Assembly (NCBI GenBank): GCA_016195385.1
Contig: JACPZS010000039.1
Span: 32,507 to 96,506, forward strand
Direction: 5' to 3'
Length of the DNA: 64,000 nt
From: Verrucomicrobiota bacterium
GTDB lineage: Bacteria > Verrucomicrobiota > Verrucomicrobiia > Limisphaerales > JACPZS01
The translations under genes and the position numbers were made by a program. Numbering within the stretch: the stretch's first letter is position 1; every line of letters begins with the position of its first letter. The notes under the pieces were generated by a model, which was given only the letters and a program-made list of their open reading frames with translations, made no database searches and was not told the origin of the DNA. Shown piece after piece: positions 58,185 through 64,000 of the stretch.

Positions 58185-59893
58185 ACGGAAACGAGAAACG
58201 CCCTGCATCGCTCCGCGACGGCGACGCGGCGCGCGGACGCGAACTGTTCAACGACGAGCGGCGTGCGGCGTGTGTGAAGTGCCATTCGGTGGATGGCCGC
58301 AGCGGCAAGGCGGGGCCCGACTTGCTCGCGGTCGGCGACAAGTTTCCGCGCCGCGAATTGATCCGCGCCGTGCTCGAACCTTCGGCGGAGATCGCTGTCG
58401 GCTACGGCACGACCATCGTGGAGACGAAAGCCGGCGAGGAGTTTCAGGGCATCCTCAAGGAAACGACGGCGGAGGCGCTCGATCTAGTGGGCGCCGACGG
58501 CAAGCACCTGCGCATCGCCACGCGGGACATCCAGGAGCAGCGCGGCAGCACGGTGTCGCTCATGCCGGAGGGATTGCAGGCCGGGCTGTCGCGGCAGGAG
58601 TTCACCGATCTCATCGAATACCTCGTCACGCTCAAGCAGCCGGAGAACGCGCTCACGAGCCATCGTGGAATGCCAGCGAACATTCCCGAACTGGCCAAGC
58701 CCGTCGCGCTGCGCCCGTTCTTCTCCGAGCAGATGCGCTTTCCCCACGCGTTCGTCCAGAAGCCTGGCGACGTTCGGTCCGGATTGGTCTGGTTTGGCCA
58801 GCTTCCGGGAGTTAGCAACACGTTCCTCGCCGTTCATCAAACGGGTAAGATCTGGCTGCTCGAAAAGAATGGCACCAACGAAGCGAAAACGCTTTTCGTG
58901 GACGTGGGAAAGGACATCTTCAACGAGCGCGGCCCGAACGGGCTGCTCGGGATGACTTTTCATCCGAAGTTCGCTGAGAACCGCAGATACTTTCTCAAGC
59001 ATCAGGTGTTCGAGGAAGGGAAGATCGGCACGACGGTCGTCGAGCGCCAGGCCTCGCCGGATTTGCGCTCGGACTCCGGCCAACCCTCGCGCCGGTTGTG
59101 GAAAGTCATAAGCACGACGCAGGATCACAGCGGTGGCTGCATCGGGTTCGGCCCCGACGGGTTTCTCTACATCGCGATGGGTGACACCGGCCCGCAGCAG
59201 GACCCGCAGGGCCATGGCCAGGACTTGACCACGCATCTCGGAAAAATCCTGCGCATCGACGTGGATCACACCGACGCTGGACTTGCTTACGCGATTCCCG
59301 CCGATAATCCGTTTCGCGGCCGGTCCGATGCGCGTCCGGAAATCTGGGCCTACGGCTTCCGCGAGCCGTGGCGGTTCAGCTTCGATCCCGTCACGCGCGA
59401 TTTGTGGGTAGGCGACGTCGGACAGGATCGCGTTGAGGAAGCGGCCATCGTGCGCCGCGGTGAGAATCACGGCTGGAATGTTTATGAAGGCTTCGAGCCA
59501 TTCTCGAATCGTTACCGCAAGGATGACGCGACCTACACGCCGCCCGTCTTCGCCTACCGGCGCAAATACGGCAACTCGATCACCGGCGGTTACGTCTATC
59601 GCGGCGACAAGCGTTCGTCGTTCTACGGCGTTTACGTCTGTGGCGACTACACGTCGCATCGCATCTTCGGGCTCAGGCAACAGGATCGCACCCTCCAGGT
59701 CGTCCGGCAAATCGGTGTCGCGCCGCAGGGCATCGCCTCGTTCGCCATCGATCAGCGCGGAGAAATCTATCTCGTCGGCTACGAAGGGATGGTTTACGAA
59801 CTCGACCTCGCGAAAGCGAACTTTGACGAGGAAATGAAAACCACTGGGACGCCAGTGTCGTCCGCATCAGCGGGCAAAATCGATCAGAAATGA
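58181..59893 (+). CDS. Heme c domain fused to a PQQ-dependent (glucose/sorbosone) dehydrogenase domain
   Basis: GDAARGRELF, CVKCH, SLMPEGL; HSGGCIGFGPDG, GKILRID, AYGFREPWR, DVGQD. Confidence 0.88.
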   Translation: MNGNEKRPASLRDGDAARGRELFNDERRAACVKCHSVDGRSGKAGPDLLAVGDKFPRRELIRAVLEPSAEIAVGYGTTIVETKAGEEFQGILKETTAEALDLVGADGKHLRIATRDIQEQRGSTVSLMPEGLQAGLSRQEFTDLIEYLVTLKQPENALTSHRGMPANIPELAKPVALRPFFSEQMRFPHAFVQKPGDVRSGLVWFGQLPGVSNTFLAVHQTGKIWLLEKNGTNEAKTLFVDVGKDIFNERGPNGLLGMTFHPKFAENRRYFLKHQVFEEGKIGTTVVERQASPDLRSDSGQPSRRLWKVISTTQDHSGGCIGFGPDGFLYIAMGDTGPQQDPQGHGQDLTTHLGKILRIDVDHTDAGLAYAIPADNPFRGRSDARPEIWAYGFREPWRFSFDPVTRDLWVGDVGQDRVEEAAIVRRGENHGWNVYEGFEPFSNRYRKDDATYTPPVFAYRRKYGNSITGGYVYRGDKRSSFYGVYVCGDYTSHRIFGLRQQDRTLQVVRQIGVAPQGIASFAIDQRGEIYLVGYEGMVYELDLAKANFDEEMKTTGTPVSSASAGKIDQK

Positions 59894-59912
59894 AATCGCG
59901 GGAGGCAACACC

Positions 59913-60958
59913 ATGAATCGACACCAAATCTTCCTCGCCCACTGCTGGTCGTCGCTGTGGCTTTGCGCACGAATGCCGCCGAATCAAAGACCGGCGAGAA
60001 TCCCGCCGATCACCTGCCACCCCACATCACTCGAGTGACGTGGTTTGGCGAGCGTGCTGATTGGTCGCACGACGGAAAGAAGATTCTTTTTCTCTCAAAG
60101 ACCTTTGGCGACGCGATGGAACTCGACCTTGCCACCAAACACATTCGCAACCTCACCGCGCATTACCCGCACCACGGCTACACGCGGGCGCTCTACTTGG
60201 CGAACGGTGACCTCCTGTTGTCTGGGCCCGAGTCGTTCGATCCGAAGCGCATCGGCGAGGCGCGCGTGCAGTGCTGGCTCTCCGTGCTCGACCAGAGCGG
60301 CACGAAGCCCGCCGCTCCGCTCGGCACCAAGTGCAGTGAAGGCCCGGCCGTCTCGCGCAAACGCATGCACATCGCCTGGACCCACGTCGCCGCGGAGTAT
60401 CCCGAGGAAATGCCCGTAGGCAGTTCACGGATGCTTGAGGGCGACATTGTTTTCGAGAACGGTCAGCCCAAGCTCGCGAACCAGAAGCTGATCATCGACA
60501 GCAAGGACTTGCCTTTCCGCTGCACGATGGAGACGCAGAACTTCCGTCCGCCCGACGAGCAGGAACTCACTTTCAGCGCCTACGGGTATCAAGGCACCGA
60601 CGTCGCGGGGATCGATCTCGTGACGAAGAAAGTGATGAACTATTCCAACTCGCCCGGTCAGTACGACGAGCCGGAAGGCATCTTCCCCGATGGCCAGTTC
60701 ACACTCGTCGAGTGCGACAAGCAGAACCGCAAAGGCTCCGGCAACGTGGACCTCTGGAAGCTCAAGCTCGACGGCACCGGCGCCTACGAGCGGCTCACTT
60801 ACTTCAGCGATTATCCGGGCTTCAAGGCGTCGAACCCGGTCGTGAGCGACGATAGCAAATTCATCGCGTTCCAGATGGCGAAATCGCGCGAAGCCGCCGG
60901 CGTCGGGCACGGGATTTTCGTTTACGACATTGAGAAGGCAAAGAAGGCACGACCGTGA
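59913..60958 (+). CDS. TolB/PD40-like beta-propeller protein; probable 1-bp frameshift in the signal peptide
   Basis: GERADWSHDGKKI, YDEPEGIFPDG, ASNPVVSDD; GGAGG plus ATG at 59913 is out of frame with ORF 59957..60958. Confidence 0.75.
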
Positions 60959-61815
60959 AAACAAGAATGATGTTCAGCTCCATTTTCCTCGCTGCGGTAT
61001 CGTCCGCGACAGCCCAGCAGGATTTCTCGAAAGTGGAGGTTAAAGCCACCCACGTCGCCGGGAACATCTACATGCTCACAGGTTCGGGAGGGAACATCGG
61101 AGTGTCCGTCGGGCCGGATGGCATTCTTATCGTCGATGACCAGTTCGCGCCGCTTGCGCCGAAGATCGAGGCCGCGCTCAAGCAGCTCAATCCCGGCAGG
61201 CTGAAGTTCGTGCTCAACACGCATTATCACGGCGACCACACCGGTGGCAATGCGCACTTCGGCCAGCAAGCGCAAATCATCGCGCATACGAACGTCCGCA
61301 GACGGCTCGGCGGAAAGCCGGGCGACTCGAAGCCCGAGCTGCCCGTCATCACCTTCGATGACTCGCTCTCGGTGTGGTTCAACGGCGAGGAAATCAAGCT
61401 CGCGCATGTGCCGCCCGCGCACACCGACAGCGACAGCATCGTCCACTTCACCGACGCCAACGTGATTCATTTCGGTGACACGTTTTTCTCCGGGCGTTTC
61501 CCGAACATCGACCTCGGCGGGGGCGGCGACGTGCGCGGCTACATCCGCAACGTGGAGGACGCCATCAAGAAAGTCCCGGCGGACGCGAAGCTCATCCCCG
61601 GCCACGGTCCGTTGAGCACGGTGAAAGAGTTGAAGGAGTTTCACGAAATGCTGGTCGAGACTTCGGGCGTTGTGCAGAAGGCCATCGACGCCGGGCGGAC
61701 GATCGATCAGATCAAAGCCGATGGGTTGCCCGAGAAGTGGAAGAACTGGGAAGCGCCAACACTCAAAACCGATCGGTGGCTGGAGATTCTCTATCGCGGG
61801 TTGAAGGCGACGTGA
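60955..61815 (+). CDS. MBL-fold metallo-hydrolase (cyclase-like)
   Basis: NTHYHGDHTGGN, AHTDSD, HFGD, IPGHG. Confidence 0.92.
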   Translation: MKTRMMFSSIFLAAVSSATAQQDFSKVEVKATHVAGNIYMLTGSGGNIGVSVGPDGILIVDDQFAPLAPKIEAALKQLNPGRLKFVLNTHYHGDHTGGNAHFGQQAQIIAHTNVRRRLGGKPGDSKPELPVITFDDSLSVWFNGEEIKLAHVPPAHTDSDSIVHFTDANVIHFGDTFFSGRFPNIDLGGGGDVRGYIRNVEDAIKKVPADAKLIPGHGPLSTVKELKEFHEMLVETSGVVQKAIDAGRTIDQIKADGLPEKWKNWEAPTLKTDRWLEILYRGLKAT

Positions 61816-61870
61816 GCGGTAAATGCACCGATGCGGAAATGATTTCCGGCGATGACTCAGACTCTTGCTC

Positions 61871-62743
61871 TCAAAAATATCGGCGCAGGAATTTCTTCAC
61901 CATCGCCAGCCGCTCTTTGTCGTAAAACATCGCGCCGCCATGCGCCGCGCCGTGAATGATTTCCAACTGCACCGGAGCTTTTGCCTTTTGATACGCGCCG
62001 CAAAGTTCCAGCGCCTGGTTCACCGGCATCTGCGGGTCCTGATCGCCGTGGAGTAACAACAGAGGCGGATCGTGTTTGTCCACATGGAACACCGGACTGG
62101 CCAGTTGTGCGAGTAACGGAACGTCCTCAGGCTGGCCGCCGAGCAGCAAGTCCAGGGCAGGCACGCGCATGTTCAGGCCGTGCGGAGTCGATTGCTTGAG
62201 AATGGTCGTGAGGTTCGCGCCGCCGTAGAAGCTGATAATGCCCTGCACGTCCGAACTTTGCGTTCGGTCACTTCCAACTTCGCCTTCCAGTTCCGCGTGG
62301 CCGTTCGACACGCCGACCAGTGCGGCGAGATGTCCGCCCGCAGAATCGCCAGCGACGAGAATTTTCTTCACTGGCAGCTTCCACTCAGTGCCATGCGCGC
62401 GGAGAAAACGAATGGCGGCCTTGAGGTCGTGGATTTGCGCGGGGAATTTAGCCTGCGTGGAAAGCCGGTAATCCACGCTCGCCACTGCGTATCCCGCCTC
62501 GACGAGCTTTCCCAGGGGCATGTCTGCCTTGGAACCAGAGCGCCATGCGCCACCATGCACCCAGACGATGAGAGGTGAGCGTGGCTTGCCTCCCAGCCGG
62601 TGGAGATCGAGTTTCAGCGCGTGCTCGCCCGCCCGCGCAAATTCGACGTCGCGCATGACAGCCACGCGGTTCGACTCGGACGCGCGGGCGCACACGCCGC
62701 ACAGCAACCAACCAACGATCCATGACCACGATGCTCGATTCAT
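61871..62743 (-). CDS. Secreted alpha/beta hydrolase (esterase)
   Basis: VHGGAW, GDSAGG, HGDQD, AHGG. Confidence 0.9.
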   Translation of the reverse strand: MNRASWSWIVGWLLCGVCARASESNRVAVMRDVEFARAGEHALKLDLHRLGGKPRSPLIVWVHGGAWRSGSKADMPLGKLVEAGYAVASVDYRLSTQAKFPAQIHDLKAAIRFLRAHGTEWKLPVKKILVAGDSAGGHLAALVGVSNGHAELEGEVGSDRTQSSDVQGIISFYGGANLTTILKQSTPHGLNMRVPALDLLLGGQPEDVPLLAQLASPVFHVDKHDPPLLLLHGDQDPQMPVNQALELCGAYQKAKAPVQLEIIHGAAHGGAMFYDKERLAMVKKFLRRYF

Positions 62744-62949
62744 TCTTTGAAGACCTCAGCATAGAACCTTTCGCCATCGACTTGCCAGCGGCAAGGTGAA
62801 GGGCCTCGCGCTGCGAGGCACGCACGCGCCGCGCGAGCGTAGCCACCTCAAGGCAAAACTTTTACCTCGCGGATGAGCGTAATGGTTTGAGTTCGGTTTG
62901 CATGCAGTTCAGAGTCCCGCCCGATTCGCAGGCAAAATTGAACCATCGA

Positions 62950-64000
62950 ATGCAAGATTTCGCGGAGACTGGGCGCTGGGCGGCCTCGCCGGACCTTGGC
63001 AGGGGATCGTGGCGACTCGTGCTGCTCATTTTTCTGTGCTGCGCATCGGTGCATTCTACGAGGGCCGCAACAAATAGTTTGAGCAACTGGGCGCAGTGGC
63101 GCGGGCCATTGGCGAATGGAGTGGCACCGCATGCAAACCCACCAATTGAATGGAGCGAGAAGAAGAACATCCGCTGGAAGGTTGCGTTGCCAGGCAGAGG
63201 ACATTCCTCGCCCATCGTCTTCGGCGACCGCGTGTATCTGATGGCAGCCGCGCCCGTTGGCGAGGCGCAAAAACCGGTTCACGACCGCGCGCCCGGCGTG
63301 CATGACAGCGTGCCGGTCACGCACACGAATCAATACATGGTCATGGCCTTGAACCGCGGCGACGGGCGCGTGCTGTGGAAAACAGCGGTGCGCGAAGAAT
63401 GGCCGCATGAAGGCGGGCACGAGACAGGCAGCCCGGAGTCGCACTCGCCCACGACGGACGGTAAACTTCTCTACACCTTCTTCGGCTCGCACGGACTTTA
63501 CTGCCTCGACCTCGACGGTAACGTGAAGTGGCAGAAGGATCTCGGCAAGATGCAGACGTTGCACGCGCATGGCGAAGGAAGTTCGCCCGTGCTCTATCGC
63601 GACACGCTCATCGTCAACTGGGATCACGAAGGCAGTTCTTTTCTCTACGCCTTCGACAAGCGCACCGGCCAGCAGCTCTGGAAAGTCGCACGCGACGAGA
63701 AAACTTCCTGGTCCACGCCGCTCGTCGTCGAAGTGGATGGCGAACCGCAGGTCGTCGTCAGCGCCACGAAGCGCATGCGTGGTTACGATCTCGCGACGGG
63801 CCGGCAGCTTTGGGAGTGCGCTGGACTCACCGACAACGTCGTCTCATCGCCGGTCTATTGGCGCGGGTTACTCATCGCCGGCAACAGCTACTACTCGCAG
63901 GCGATGGTGGCCATTCGACTCGCCGACGCGCGCGGCGACATCACCGGCACGACCAACGTCGTGTGGAAGCTCAACCGGCTCACGCCCTACGTCTCCTCGC
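62950..64000 (+). CDS. PQQ-binding-like (BamB-type) beta-propeller protein, runs off window end
   Basis: Manual translation: NWAQWRGP..G, EWSEKKNIRWK..LPGRGHSSPIV, GEGSSP, SWSTP, PYVSS; frame is consistent to the window end. Confidence 0.88.
   Translation, partial: MQDFAETGRWAASPDLGRGSWRLVLLIFLCCASVHSTRAATNSLSNWAQWRGPLANGVAPHANPPIEWSEKKNIRWKVALPGRGHSSPIVFGDRVYLMAAAPVGEAQKPVHDRAPGVHDSVPVTHTNQYMVMALNRGDGRVLWKTAVREEWPHEGGHETGSPESHSPTTDGKLLYTFFGSHGLYCLDLDGNVKWQKDLGKMQTLHAHGEGSSPVLYRDTLIVNWDHEGSSFLYAFDKRTGQQLWKVARDEKTSWSTPLVVEVDGEPQVVVSATKRMRGYDLATGRQLWECAGLTDNVVSSPVYWRGLLIAGNSYYSQAMVAIRLADARGDITGTTNVVWKLNRLTPYVSS

Overview
GC-rich bacterial chromosome segment, most likely Verrucomicrobiota (Pedosphaerales-like). 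This is inferred from DUF1549/1553-DUF1501 and DUF1592-DUF1552 operons, a prepilin/H-X9-DG protein, a fused lpxC-fabZ, an ECF sigma factor and a Ser/Thr kinase. Housekeeping genes (pilB/gspE, rho, olsBA, pepP, lpxC-fabZ, lpxA) are interleaved with accessory cassettes, although no integrase or transposase is present. The most unusual element is a strictly phased array of about 22 degenerate 21-bp units (15371-15832). Phased A-tracts and heptamer repeats follow it and lead into an unannotated 226-aa gene, all next to a VapBC pair. Also notable: an RqlH/RqlI-like RecQ-PRTase plus DprA cassette flanked by a 24-bp duplication of the host gene's 3' end, a palindromic repeat translated in-frame inside a kinase, a possible orphan integron cassette, a shared C-terminal domain on four secreted proteins, and several frameshifts or deletions. 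No rRNA, tRNA or CRISPR array was recognised. All family calls come from motif recognition, not database searches.
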